From Lobosporangium transversale (Eukaryota), in the NCBI RefSeq assembly GCF_002105155.1, contig NW_019029003.1:248001-312000 (forward strand): a DNA stretch of 64,000 bases, read 5' to 3'. The position numbers and the translations under genes were made by a program. Shown here piece after piece: positions 48,701 to 62,857 of the stretch. Position 1 is the first letter of the stretch, and each line of letters begins with the position of its first letter. The notes beneath the pieces were generated by a model that searched no databases, had not been told where the DNA came from, and was given only the letters and a program-made list of their open reading frames with translations.

Positions 48701-50012
48701 CAGATCAAGAACGTACTTTTCTAACATTGCCTCGTGACGAGGATGATGGCTCCAATGGTTCTGCGCCTTTCTGGTTTCATAAAGTTCGCTGGGGATATGG
48801 GCAGAGTACACCAGATTGGAACCACGAGCTTGATACGATGTCTGTTGAAGGATACGGAATGTTCTCTCGGCATCGTATTGAACAAAGAGAAGGATGTATT
48901 CTTTGATTAATGGAGCTAGCATAGGAGTCCTGACCTCGGGCTTGGCTTCATCCCAAGGGAACAATGGCGGATAGGTCTCTTGGAGGGTCAAGATAATGTC
49001 TTTGATTGACTCGCCGGGATCACAAGCGCCTTTTACATTTTGGTTGGCAACATCAATGATCTTGCTATATGCTTTCCACACTTTCTCACGCTCATATTCT
49101 GTTGCCTTTGCAAGTGCTTGTTTGAATCGAGTCGTGATGGGCTCTTTCTTATCAGCCTTATTCGCCTGTAGTGATAGAAGACAAAGAGGCAAGCTGAATC
49201 AGTTAATCATTGACTAGTTACAATAGTGCAGTATGAACAGCCATCTCAAGTATCTACAGCTTACATACCGCGCGTGGCTTTCTCAAGATGTCATTGGCAA
49301 GGCCCTTGCGCTTCTGCTTGACCAAAGATGCTACAAGGGCATCGCGAACAGCAGGTGCAGTATCGGTCGTAGCAGCAAGGATTTCGACGTCCGAAGCAAA
49401 AGTGGCAATGCACTGGATCAATCGCTTTTTGCCCACTTGGTATGGATGGTTCAAATCAGCCAGCAAGAAGGCAATTGCTTCCTTGCAACCCTTCTGAGCT
49501 AAGGTCATGGCAATGATTTGACCAACCTGACGTTGTACGTAGCGAGATGATGCATTGGTCTGTGGAAACTGCAGAGAGACATCGTCGGCTTCAGGAGATG
49601 GATTTCCACCGTCAGCATACAAGGTGGTTTCATCCTGCGGAGGCCGCTGGATAGGAATAGAGAGAATGGTGGGAACAGTCTTGAGGAGTTCAGGTAGGAG
49701 AGAGAGGAGTGCTTCTTTATGGGTTTTGATGAGATTCTGGATATAGGTATTGCGATGGCGGTAGCCTACAGTGTGGATAGTCTGCATCAATTCATGTTCT
49801 GAAGCAGGCAAAGCAGGTGCCTGTGGCACGTCTTTGGCAGCAACCATTGATGAAGGTGGATTCACGGAGAAAAAGAATTAGCTGAATGAGTGAATGAATG
49901 AATAAAGGATTCAGATGATTCTCCTTCTACGTCCTGAGCAGAAGGAAGTGAGAGAAGAAAGAAAGAAGAAAGCCCATAAGTGTTGCCAGGAAAAAACTAC
50001 TGAGCCCCCAGT
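42787..50012. repeat. 7.2-kb direct segmental repeat, copy B
   Basis: Matches 2949-10168. Confidence 0.97.
42924..49847 (-). CDS. Uncharacterised ~2120-aa protein, copy B, 5 exons
   Basis: Same exon structure as 3071-10003 (49847-49269, 49165-47568, 47443-47296, 47175-43770, 43561-42924). Two extra residues in exon 4; stop codon 5 codons earlier. Confidence 0.88.
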
Positions 50013-50307
50013 CAAATGCGAAAGGCCGGACTTTTACACGCAGCGCCATTGATCCTCCAACTTTTTTTTTATTCTTAGATAGGAGCTATGGTTACCGTGT
50101 ATCAATACAATCGCAGAAGAAGTAAAATTGCAGAGTTACGGTAGCCCAAGGATTTGAGCGTCTGAAAACGCGTCTGGTTTGTGCGCGACACGACGCGTGC
50201 TCCCCTCCTCTCTCTATTTCTTGAGGTAAACGGATTTAAGCCTCCTCGCTCAATTTCATTTCATCACATTTCAATTTTTACAACATATTCACATTGACAT
50301 TCACAAC

Positions 50308-51014
50308 ATGCTTCCCGAAAACGCCATCGGGTTTATCCTTGGTAAGAGAAAACAGAACAGGGCTGTTCTGCACATGTTCATATGTTGAATATCTGATTAT
50401 ACTACGACTTTTAGGTAAAAATAAAAGAAAAAAGCGAAGTTCGATCCTAATGAAATATGATACCACCTTAGTGGCACTCTGCTGGGGGTTCACCAACCCA
50501 TTCATCAAGAACGGCTCAAAGGGTCTAGAGACTATTAAGCGAAATTCATGGATATCTCAGGCTGCAGCGGAGTATTGGTACCTCTTTACCCGCTGGCAGG
50601 TAAATTGGAATGCTTACTCCTTCCTTGTACATTTTTTAAATGATTAGGTCTGCTCCTTTAATGACATTCGTTTTTTTATATGATAGTATGTAGTCCCGTT
50701 GGTGCTAAACCTTTGCGGTTCAGTTGTCTACTACCACACACTGGGTAAAGCTGATTTGTCCTTGGCCGTACCCATTACTAACTCGCTTACATTCATCTTT
50801 ACAACTCTGGCTGGCATCCTCTTGGGAGAGAGCATAGGATCGCCTCGTAAGTCCGTCACTGCTCTTGATGAAGCCTGGACTATTTTTAATGCTTCTTTCT
50901 CTACTAATGTAAAATCCCCTTTCGATCCTATTGATCTGTTGGTAATCAGGTTCGTGGCTGGGGATGGCGATGGTAGTCCTTGGTGTAGGTCTCTGCGTTC
51001 AGAGTAAGGCATGA
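50308..51014 (+). CDS. TMEM234: TMEM234-like small membrane protein (drug/metabolite transporter fold), 4 exons
   Basis: Exons 50308-50341, 50472-50599, 50687-50846, 50950-51014. Motifs VALCWGFTNPFIK, LNLCGSVVYY, DLSLAVPITNSLTF. Confidence 0.88.
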
Positions 51015-51206
51015 ATCCATAGAAATATCAAATAGACATGAAATAGTGCCAGATTGTTCGAAGTGTGCCCAAGTTACCAAGTATACATTTCATCTGTGGC
51101 TTTGGTCTCATTCTACTATAAGAGCAACTACAAAATGAATCACTAAAAAAAAAAAGCATCTCTCGTTGTACAACTAAAGGATAAAAAATAAAAAGAATAA
51201 GACGCC

Positions 51207-52345
51207 ATGTCGACTGTAGTGTTGGAAACATCAATGGTAAAACAGGATGATGACAAAAAAAATAAGAAAAGCGGAATTAGTAGTGTCGCCAATGCAGGGT
51301 TGTAACTGTAAGGATTGGCATTCTGACATTTTTCTTGGAATCCTATGTAGGGAGAGATTACCATCGAACTCTATACAGAACACGCGCCAAAGACTTGTAA
51401 AAACTTTTATGAACTCGTAAGTGGATATTGGGCTCTCAACAAAATGCTCCTGAGATAATGTCATTAATGAGCGACTTCATACTATTTACGAAGCAATTGA
51501 CGTGAAAGGTCCAATCACTACAACATGAAATTAGGCAAGGAAGGGCTACTATAACGATGTTATTGTAGGTATCGGCAATGCCAACCATAGTCGATCTTAT
51601 GGCTTTTTTTATTTCAGTCATTGCATTAATTCAACTTGATTGAAGCCTATAACCTGATCTACCAAGATATCAGAGTGAATGAACGAATAATAATTTTCAT
51701 TTGACATTCACTTTCGTTTTCAAGTTCCATCGTATTATTCCTGATTTTATGATCCAAGGCGGGGATCCAACGGGAACCGGAAGAGGCGGCTCGTCTATTT
51801 ACGGGTATGATCCATTACCTTTGCTCACTATTCTGATTCTCATAAAATGGCTGATGTGGTCTGTTACTATTGCTATAGCATTACGTGTTTGCTAATTGCT
51901 AATAGTCTTTCTTGATTCAATAGTGATAAATTTGCTGATGAATTCCATCCTGCTCTTAAGCATACAGGCGCAGGCATTTTAAGTATGGCCAATTCTGGAC
52001 CCAACACTAATGGATCGCAGGTAAAGTTATAATCAACAAAATTGAGAATTCAAAGATGATTTTTCAAATTTGCAGGATAAATTATTATTATCAACATTTT
52101 ATTTTTATTTTTATTTTTATTTTTTTCTCTCTATTAATACCACTAACATTGATACATCAACATGAATTTTTGTTGGATAGTTTTTCATCACGCTGGCTCC
52201 AACACCATGGCTAGATAATAAACATACGATTTTTGGACGTGTTTCTGCGGGCCTCAGGGTGGTCAACAGGATGGGTCTAGTTGCAACCGATTCAAACGAT
52301 AGACCCAAAGAGCTGGTCAAGATCATTCGTGCCCGGGCAGAGTAA
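51207..52345 (+). CDS. PPIL1: Cyclophilin-type peptidyl-prolyl isomerase, PPIL1-like, 6 exons
   Basis: Spliced translation: [111 protein letters not shown].. Confidence 0.92.
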
Positions 52346-53467
52346 TAAAAAAAAAGGATCGAAAGACTGATGGGCAGAAATCGAGATCAGGAGAGAGAGA
52401 TAGAGAGATGCACTTGTAATTATAATATCAAATAGAAGAATCAAGGACATGAGCTCGGAACTAATGAAGTAAAGCAAAAGGACAAACAATAGAGGTATCT
52501 TCTACAGCGCTGTCGTCTGTATGTAATATAGGCTTGGCAGGTTTTCTATTCCAGCAGAGTATTCTGAATAACCAAAGCAGATTAACGTGATAGTCTGCGT
52601 GGAAAGACTCTTATGCAACCTTTTGAGTGTGCACATGTCAAGACCTTGTCAAATTCTATTCTAGGAACTCGATATGATTGATGAGCAATTAAAAAAAAGG
52701 AACGCATTGACGAGTGGTCAGGGTTTCTATCTTCTTTTACTGCATGTTCTTGTTTATAAACGAATAATCCGTGAGATGCAATGGATTTAAAGAGCGACTG
52801 GGAGCTCTTCCAACTCGATCATAGATCTACTGTGAAAATCGGGCACCATTTTCATGTGCGAAACAGGGCGGTCTTTTTAAAGCAGGTCCCTTTGTTCTTT
52901 TTGGTAGTCCAAGGTATATAATTGGCATTCCGCTAACACTTCATAAAGAACCTGAAGAGATGTCGCCATTTTACTCACTTTCCATGTTCACAAAGTCCAT
53001 CCTTTACATTTCTTTTCTTTCCTTTCACCATCAATCCACCTTTTGCATATCATATCCAACCCATCAAATGCTTCGACAAATTAAAACTAAAAATTATTAA
53101 ATTCATACATCCACCGAATTGTCTCACGCAAATTTCAGACCCGATTACTTTTTTTATATTTATATATTTTTTTGTTTACTGGAATAGTGAATCATCTTTC
53201 ATTCCTTCCTTTCCGTCATATCCAATATCTTGTCCACTTCATTCTCCTTGCTGGCACATCCAAATCAAGCAAAAAAAACCAACTGGACTGCTCTTTGAAA
53301 AAGGAGCAGCTAATTGAGGACGTTCACCACTTAATTCCCTCTTTAGCTTTAATTCTTAGAGACAGGAACCAGCTGCCAGTTTTATTCAGCAGGTGTGAAG
53401 TCTGCGAGTGTGAGTTCAAGTCTGTGTGCACCTAGTGGAGACTAAAAAAAAAAAAAGTCGTCCTACT

Positions 53468-56400
53468 ATGCCCAAGAAGAATACTGTTTTGGGAGCCTCC
53501 TCGAGAGCGAGTGAAGAACAACATTCAGACTCTGAATCAGGAGACGATCATGACCATGACGACTATGGCCACGACCATGACAGTGACCATGTCCAGGGGC
53601 AAGAACAGAGTCAAGGACAAGAACAAAAACACACAAAAGGGAATTCAACTGCAGATGAAACTACACCAGTCAAGAGAAAACGATTGACTCAAGCCTGCGA
53701 TCCCTGTCGTAAAAAGAAAATCAAATGCGGTATGTAACAAAGAGACGCATGGCAAGTTGCCATTGCATGACACGATGAAATGTGTGTATACGTCCGTTTG
53801 AAATGACAATTGAGAATTGGTCAGCGACATTGTACAAAAAAGGATAGAAACAACAACTGTCCTTACTGTGCACGCGCACTCCCCGTCTGGAAAGGTTCCA
53901 AGTGAAATGAAATCCAAACAACAAAGTAGCAACAATGAGTTGTTATTGGGCAATGCAATATTGAAAAAAAGAGAGAGAGCTATCTAGACAATTATGCGCA
54001 ATTCATCTTTAGCGACTAACCTCTGCATTGTTTGTTGTTTGTGTTGTTTGTTGTTGCATGCGCGCTTTTTTGTGTTTGCTCTTTTTTTTTTTTTTTTTTT
54101 TTTTGGTTTTTCCTCCATGTTCTTTTTTAGATGGTGTCAAGCCAAGCTGTGCCAACTGTACCAAGCTCAATGCTAATTGCACCTATCTACCCAGCATGAA
54201 GAAACGAGGCCCAAGACAGGGATACATTGAATTGTTGGAAAAGAGACTGGACAAGATGGAGAAGCTGCTACAACATGGCCCCTCAGCAATTGATCCTGAA
54301 CTTTTGGACTCAAAGTCAATCTTCAACTCGCGTCTTCGTCCAGGCAGTAATAGTAGACGGTCTGCTTCTCCTGAAGCATCCGAGAGCGGTGATCAGGGCG
54401 AGCCAAAAGTATGGATAGATCCAGATGAGCGCTATTTTGGGACGACATCTGGCTATAAATCACAATATACAGAATATGGGAAACAGAGCAGTTCAGTTAT
54501 GGATGTCGTTGGAGCTAAATACAACTCTGGACAAACGCAGCCTCGCGAGGGTCGACCCAAGAACCCGATCTATGGTATCAAGGACGAGATTCCAAGGAAG
54601 GACATTTTAGATCATCTTGTCAGCCTTTTCTTTGACTCTATCTACTTTCAGCTACCTATTATCCATCCTGGGACATTCATGAAGCAGTACAAAGAAGGAA
54701 AAGTTTCACCCGGTCTACTCAATGCCATGTGTGCTGCCGTTGCCCGCTTTTCCACACATCCGGATGTTGTCACCACACCAGCATTTTTAGCAGGAGAGCC
54801 CTTTGCTACCAACGTCCGCGGTATGCTAGTTGAATCGATCGACACTCCTACAGTCTCAAATGTTCAAGCATTGTTGTTCTTATCTATGTATGAGTATGGG
54901 GCCGCTAGAGGCCCAAGAGCATGGATGTTCGGAGGTATGGCTGTCCGAATGGCCCAGGAACTGGGTTTAAACCGGGAAGACAGCAGCCCCGTGTTCCACC
55001 TTAAGGGGGATTGGGTCATGCGAGAGACGCGGCGGAGGACATTTTGGGCGTGTTTTATGTTAGATATCTTGGCATCATCATCCTCAGGAAGGCCACGGAT
55101 GATGGATGAACGAGACTGTGAAGTATTATTGCCGAGCGAGGATCATGATTGGTGCGATGAACGGCCAGTCGTCACAGAAATGCTCGATGATGGAGAGGAC
55201 TCTTCTTCAGGGACCGAGCAAGAGCCAACTTCAGAATCTCAGAAACCAGATGAGAGTGTACCCGGACTACAGTCTACTGTCTCAACAACAGAAACAAGCT
55301 CAGCTGAACATACCGCACCCAATAGTTTAGAATCGGGAACATCAAAGTCGACTGATAGCATATCAACATCATCAAAATCCAAGCGACAAGGCGGTGGACA
55401 TGTTCTCAGCTCATTTGCGTACTTAATCCGCATTGTAGCTGTGCTCGGCAAGGTCTCCCAGTATGTGAACCGGCCGCGATCCAAAAAGGCCATCCCTCCG
55501 AGTCAACGCGGATCAGAATTCTCGGTGATTGATGCAGCATTGACTGCCTGGCACAAATCTATTCCGTCTCATCTCACCGATTCATTCGAGAACGGAAGGC
55601 TGGTCAAGCACAAAGGCGAGGGCTGCATTATCGTCTTTATGCATATCATCTATCACACAGCCGTTGTGCTTCTTCACAGACCCATCTTGGCAGCAGATAA
55701 GGCAGCATTCCCCCATGACCCCAAGTTCGTTGAGAACTCTGTTTCACGGTGTGCTGATGCTGCGAGCAAGGTCTCTGATGTACTTGAGCTTGTACAATCG
55801 TATAATTGTCCGCCTAGGATCTTTATCTCAGCCTTTTTTGCTTATCCAGTGTTCACGACAGCTACAATGTGAGTATTCTACACATACGAGACTCGACTTT
55901 CTTTTTTTATCTTTTCTTTTTTTTTTTTTTAAGCGTTGTTGAAGAAAAACTCAAACGGGGAGCGATCCATGATTTATTCTCTTATCTTCTCCGTTCGTAG
56001 TCACATTACGAACGCGTTTGCATCCGATGCAACAGTTGCCTCTCGAGCAAGGCGCAGCCTCAGCACCCATGTCAAAATCCTTCAAACCATGAAATCGTAC
56101 TGGGCAATGGCAGACAAGTTCTTTTATATCATTCGTGACCTTTACTCTATCCAATCCAAAATTAGCTCTTCAGCGTCAAGGAAATCAATACTGCAGACTG
56201 CAACACAAGAAGGCTCGGGTCAAGGTGATAACCCCTTTGCTAGAAGAGAGCCGTCAGAATCCTTTGATACCCAATCCGGATACAATCGAGGGGCTGGAGG
56301 CATAGAAGATTCAACTAACGGCTCGGAACCGAGCGGAAAACTGGCGTCGATTAGCTCTTTCCTTAAGAGCGACTCCGGTTTGATTGCGCTTTGGAGGCGC

Positions 56401-58008
56401 GCGACGGAGATGCAGGTCCTAGATGAGGCAAAACAGGAGCAGCATCGTCTATCTATGTCAGAGGAAGCGCCTCGGCAAAACAAAGGACTTGAGGGGAAGA
56501 GGGAGCTGCATCCAGAGGATAAGGCGCTCCGGGAACATCGCGAAAGGATGAATGCCCTAGAAATACAGCAGATCAACCAAGAATTTGATAGAAGATGGAG
56601 ATCCAGGGTGGATGTACCCACTTTATCTGCGGGCTCTGATATATCGGGCAACGTTACTGTCGAGGGAGTGGATGAGGTGACACAACAGTCCACACCAACT
56701 TTGTTAACTGAAGTTGAGAAGCGGCATAGAGAAGAATCAATTAACCCTAGGAGTGCGAAACAAGCTAGAACCAGTAAAACAGCTAAAGAGCCCAAGCCTA
56801 CTTTTAAAGGAGCAGCTACATCGTCTTCGGTTATGGATACTCAGGAGAGTGCAGACGAGGCTCGATCAATAAATACTCGAAACGCTATGTCGAGCTTTGA
56901 AGCGCCTGGTGACGAAACTCTTGGAACAGCGTCATCGACCTATCAACATACAGTCATACAGCAACCCCAGCAGCTGAAGCTACAAGAGTCGTATATCCTT
57001 CAGCCAATGCGGATTCAACCAGCCTCTGGACCTCCAAAGTCAACAGTAACTGGACCGGCTGTTTCATCAGGGAACGTGAGTCGTCAGTTAATGGACATCT
57101 ATGCGCAGCAACAGCATGAAGTACTTGCACAGTCCATTGATATGGCTCAAAACAGTAACATACAGCGACAACAGCAGCAACTACGACTGCAACAGGGACA
57201 ATCCGCACAATCGCCCTCCCTTGCATTTGGACCGGCTGGTGGATTCACTTCAGCTTCGTTCTTTTCATCTTCGTCATTACCAAATCAGTCAGGATTCTCT
57301 TCACAAGGCCTATCATCGACCATGACGCCGTTTGATTTGCCATTGGTATATGGCACCAATTATGATGGCAGCCAGACACGGCGAATCCAAACAGAGTCAT
57401 TAGGATCGATATTTGACTTTGCACTACCTCAAGGGGATATTTCCTTTTTATCCAACTCGTTTCAGGTATCGCCAACGATGATGCAGGAAGGCATGGGATT
57501 AGGGAACAATAGCGTTGGGATATCCTCGGGAACAGGTGGATCAGGACTGATGAATGATGACTTGAATACAGTAGCTGCCACGGGCACCAGTCCTGTTACT
57601 TCAAGTACTGGTTCGGCTTCTACTCCCTTGAATAGATCCCTAGAGCCCCTTAGCCCCAACTCAGATCCAAGTCAGCTGTTTAACATATCTCCTCAGCTCC
57701 ATAACTTCCTCATGCCGGACGATCCTTATCATGCCATTAATAATAATAGTAACAGCAATAATGATAACCAAAGAGGCCAAGCAGGACAGAGTTATAACCA
57801 CATGGGTATGCAAGCAACGCCAACGAACCTGATCCGATACCTGCAGCTCCACCATCAACAAGAGCTGCGGCAACAGGAACTCCAACAACAAAATACACAG
57901 CCGTTATTGAACCAACAGAACTCACTGATCTTTGACGACTACTTTCCATGGAACGCATTCTCGACTATTTCACAGCCACCTCCAACTCCACCTACAGCAC
58001 GGCAATAG
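53468..58008 (+). CDS. Zn(II)2Cys6 transcription factor with fungal-specific TF middle domain, 3 exons
   Basis: ACDPCRKKKIKC/DGVKPSCANCTKLNANC is split by intron 53730-54130. Also LPIIHPGTF, AVRMAQELGLNRE, ETRRRTFW and a Q-rich C-terminus. Second intron ~55870-56000. Confidence 0.93.
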
Positions 58009-58563
58009 TGTTTTTTATATTGTAGCTGCTAGGTCATCTTGTTTATTGATTAATTGATTGATTGATTTATTTTTATTAATTTGTAGAAAAAGTAGTGTAT
58101 GAGGCGGCGATTGCGTGCGCTTTCAATTATATTGTATAGATAAAAGTAAATTATTCTTATGTTTCTGCTTTCTTATGATTTTCATATGTGAATAGAAAAG
58201 AGAATAGGCATGGATTGGAACAGATAGAGGCAGAGAAAGGAAGACGAAGAGAAGAGAAGAGGAAAGACAAGAATGAGGCAAGTTCATTGATTAGCTGCTT
58301 GTGCCTTGGGTGTGCCTGGGTGTGTCCGTGGGAATGTTTTGCTTTATTTGGATTGCTCATTGCTTTGCCTTGTTATTCAATTAAAGTCACTTCCTCTCCT
58401 TTCTATCACATCTCTTTCTCTTCCTCTCTCTCTCTTCTACGCTTTAGTTTCCTCTTTTCCTCTTTCCTCTTTTCCTCTTCCCCTCTTTATACTACCGTGT
58501 CATTTTCATTTTGTCACTCCTCTCTTCTTTCCTTTCCTCCTTCCTTCCTTCCTTCCTTCCTTC

Positions 58564-58594
<31 letters not shown>

Positions 58595-58660
58595 TTTTTA
58601 TACTTTTTCTCCCTTCACTCTTCCACCGAATTAGAGCTGTTATTTGTTATTCTTTAAGCC

Positions 58661-61600
58661 ATGTCTAACTTCCTGACTCCTGGTTTTGTCCCTGGACGTA
58701 ATAGTCTGTCTCACACAATCAAGGACACATCTGGATATATCGAGAATGCATTCCTTGGCAAGGAGGAGCAGATGGTCCAAGTTACCGAGTATTTGAGTGA
58801 AAAAGCCTTTATTCCCGCTGCTCTTGCTCAAAATGAAGTATCATGGTTCTATGGGTAAGCATTTACAGCCATTAAAAAATAAATAATGAGAATGAAATGA
58901 AGCTTCTGCATCCATGATGAGAAAAAAAAAAAAAAAATTGCAAAACATAAAATTTCGAGTGATTCATTTTACGAATTAATTTGCTAACGTTTATTATTTT
59001 TATTATCTTTATAAAATAGTAACCTTGGTATTGACGACATGTACTTTGCATCAGAGTCAATCGAATCCATCGCCAACCATATCTTGGCTCTATATGGCGC
59101 CAAAATCTTTGCCTATACCAAGAACGACAATGGCCTTGACATCAACCTTGAGCGTGAAACTGAGGAAGGCGCTGTTTACATCCACACATCTAGCCCTGGT
59201 GTTTCACAACTCTATGGCCCTCAACATGAAAAACGGTAAAAATCAATCTTTGAATCGCATGCTATCCATGGTTATTTATCATTCCCTTTTTTTTTCTTTT
59301 TAAATCAAAGGGATCTTGCTTGGTTCTTTAATGCTTTTTGAGAAATGGCAGATGGTGGAAGTATTAAGGTGAATAAGGTTCACCTGGGCCAAGAATTGGT
59401 TTTTGAATAGTTTATCTTATTTCAGGAATGGGAAGAGAGGAGAGACATGATTGAATGTTTAGCACCCATTGGAGTCCTTGACTCCAACTAGTTTTAGTCT
59501 TTTCCCGCTTTGATTCCTTTGACGACTGAATGTCGTATCTATGCGTCATGGAAGCAATTGATCCCGTCCTTTCTTTCAGAAAAAAAAAAAAAAAAAAAAA
59601 CCCCCCTACTACAAACCCAACGAGAACGAGAGATAGAAAAGAGAGAATAAGCACATGATTATTATCAATTAACCTTTGGAATGTTGGAATCTCATGTATC
59701 ATATCCAAATAATCTCTCAAGCATTCCAAATAAAAGATAGTTGGACTCATTGGAGGAACAGGAAATAGAGATCAGTGCGGATTAATATGTCCTTGCAACC
59801 AGCATCGGGTGTTGAATATTGAGTCTTTGGCTAAGGTTCATTTTCGTGCTTAGTGGATTGCTTACTTAAGAGTGAACATCAAACATATTTGCTTTTTTAC
59901 AGAATTGATTCAAAGTACCTCGATGTCAGCAACGTTGAGAATGCGTACCGTCTCGAATCTTATCGATCCAAGGGAACAGTATCATCTTCATCATCAACTC
60001 AACTTCGCACTTACTTCGTGCGTAAGTGCACATTCGTGAACCCATCCCCGACAAAGGAACAGGAAACCGACATCCGCGAGACCGCTGACAAGTCTTTCCT
60101 TGAGAAGGCGACCGAGAATACTCTTGAGATCTATTCTAACATCATGAAATTGGCGCTTAGCAGGACAGGCCCTGTCATTGAGATGTTTGAGGTCGAAGGT
60201 TCGCGTGAGCGCCGTCTCGTTATTGCCTACAAACAACAGACAACGCAATCGTTTTTCTCTGCCATTTCAGATCTTTACCATTTTTACGAATTGTACTCGA
60301 CTCGCAAGTACGTGGAGCAATTCTCCAATGGCATCACGATCGTCTCTCTGTATCTAAACCAGATCCCAAAGTCAACTGCGCCTCCTATTGAGCACTCAAT
60401 CCACCAAATCATCAAAGAGGCCTCACTGATCTACTGCTTGCCCACAACCCCTCTTCAGACCTTCTTCCAGACCGGCAAGCTCTCTGTTCAGGAGTCGATC
60501 TACGGCTATATCGGCTGGATCTTTGCTCAGCATTTTTTGAACCGTCTTGGAAACGAGTATACATCTCTGGTCAATATTTTAGATCCCCATAATTCCATTC
60601 ATCAGGGTGTGCTTTCCAAGATGAAGAAACGCCTCCGCACGGACACATTCACCCGCGATTATATTCTGGAGATCATCAAAACATACCCAGAACTCATCAA
60701 GCTGCTCTACATCAACTTTGCAATGATTCACTATGTAAATCCTGCAATCAATTCACTCAAGCCCACGTTGTCGTACCAACGTCTCAGGACTGACAACATC
60801 TTGACAGAAGAACAACTCTACGAAAAGATCAAACGTACCACTTCCAACTCACACGAGTTAATGGTCTTTGAGTCTTTTTTGATCTTCAACAAGCATGTCC
60901 TCAAAACCAACTTTTATCAACCCACAAAGGTTGCTCTCTCCTTCCGCATGGATCCTTCGTTCTTACCTGAGATTGAGTACCCAACTAAGCTCTTTGGGAT
61001 GTTTTTAGTCATTGGATCCGAGTTCCGTGGCTTCCACTTGCGCTTCCGAGATGTCGCCCGTGGAGGAATCCGAATCATCCGTTCGCGTAATCGAGAGGCC
61101 TATTCTATCAACTTGCGTTCGCTCTTTGATGAGAACTACGCGTTAGCAGCCACACAGCAGCGCAAGAACAAAGATATCCCTGAAGGCGGTTCCAAGGGCA
61201 CAATTTTACTAGATGTTAACCAGCAGGACAAGCCTCTTGTGGCGTTTGAAAAGTATGTGGATGCTATTCTAGACCTGCTAATTGCTGGTCAAACTCCTGG
61301 TATCAAGGAACGCATTGTAGATCTATACAAGAAACCCGAGATCTTATTCTTCGGGCCAGACGAAGGCACAGCAGATTACATGGACTGGGCGTCTGCTCAT
61401 GCTCGTGAGCGTGGAGCGAGTTTCTGGAAGGCCTTCACCACAGGCAAGTCCCAGTCTCTAGGAGGCATTCCTCACGATACTTATGGTATGACTACACGCT
61501 CAGTCCATCAGTATGTTCTTGGTATCTATCGCAAACTGGGGCTTAAGGAAGAAAACTGCACTAAATTGCAGACAGGAGGTCCTGATGGAGACTTGGGTTC

Positions 61601-62561
61601 GAACGAGATCAAAATCTCCAAGGACAAGACATGTGGTATTGTCGATGGCTCAGGTGTTCTGTATGACCCAGAGGGTATTAATCGAACAGAGTTGAACCGT
61701 TTGGCTCAAAGTCGTCTCATGATTTCAAACTTTGATGTCTCGAAACTCTCGCCAAAAGGATTCCGAGTGTTGGTGGATGAGGTTAATGTTAAATTGCCAT
61801 ATGGAGAAGTCGTTGATGATGGTCTATCTTTCCGCAACAACTTCCATTTAAACCCGATGGTGGGCTGTCAAGTCTTTGTACCCTGTGGTGGTCGCCCAGA
61901 ATCCGTGGATCTCCAGAATGTGGGTCGTTTGCTTGATCACGAGAACCACCCTCGATTCAAGTATATTGTTGAGGGTGCTAACTTGTTCTTTACACAAGAG
62001 GCTCGTCTTCGTCTGGAGCGTGCAGGCGCGATCGTGTTCAAAGATGCATCAGCTAACAAGGGAGGAGTCACCTCATCCTCTTTAGAAGTCCTTGCTGCAT
62101 TGGCGTTTACGGATGAAGAGTTTGCAGAACACATGCAAGTGACTGAGAGCCATATCCCAGCGTTCTATCAGGATTATGTTAAAGAAGTACAAGCGATCAT
62201 TGAGCGCAATGCGCAACTAGAGTTTGAGGCCTTGTGGAGAGAGCATCAGCGGACTAGGACACCACGATCGATCCTATCGGACGAGCTGTCATTGGCAATT
62301 GTGAAGCTGAATGAGGACTTACAGCACACGTCGTTGTGGGACAATGTGCCATTGCGCAAGGTCGTGTTGGAGGAGGCTTTCCCCAACCTATTGCTGAAGC
62401 AATTGGGATTGGATACTTTAATGAAGCGTGTACCTGAGAACTATGTCCGAGCGATTTTTGGATCATATCTAGCCTCACGTTTTGTGTACAGATATGGCAC
62501 CGAGCCCAGCCAATTTGCCTTCTTTGAATTCATGACACCATACTTCTCCAAGGTGCAATAA
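58661..62561 (+). CDS. GDH2: NAD-specific glutamate dehydrogenase (large fungal type), 3 exons
   Basis: Exons ~58661-58854, 59020-59235, 59903-62561. Motifs FRGFHLRFRDVARGGIR, KNKDIPEGGSKG, FGPDEGTA, TGGPDGDLGSNE, VEGANLF, DASANKGGVTSSS. Confidence 0.96.
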
Positions 62562-62857
62562 GCGATGACAAGTATAAAGCTGTAGAAAGAATGGAAGAAC
62601 AATGTTAAAAATAAAAAATAAAAAAAATGCGTGTATTACTCGGGTGATGTTTGCGAAAGAAACAGGGGTAAGAAATATACAAATATTGCTCATCTATTTG
62701 ACAATATGCCAACGGTTCAGAGACCTTGCACATGCAAACAAGTCATAATTGTTCACGCGGGCGAAGCCCATTTCTCTTAATCTCCATTTGCCTTTTTTTT
62801 TTTTTTTTTTTTTTGCCATTCATTGCATTTCATTCCAATACCATCGCAAACAACTCC

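Noticed and set aside
58157..58668. F/S/L-rich ORFs upstream of GDH2
   Set aside because: They derive from pyrimidine-rich microsatellite promoter/UTR sequence, not coding DNA.
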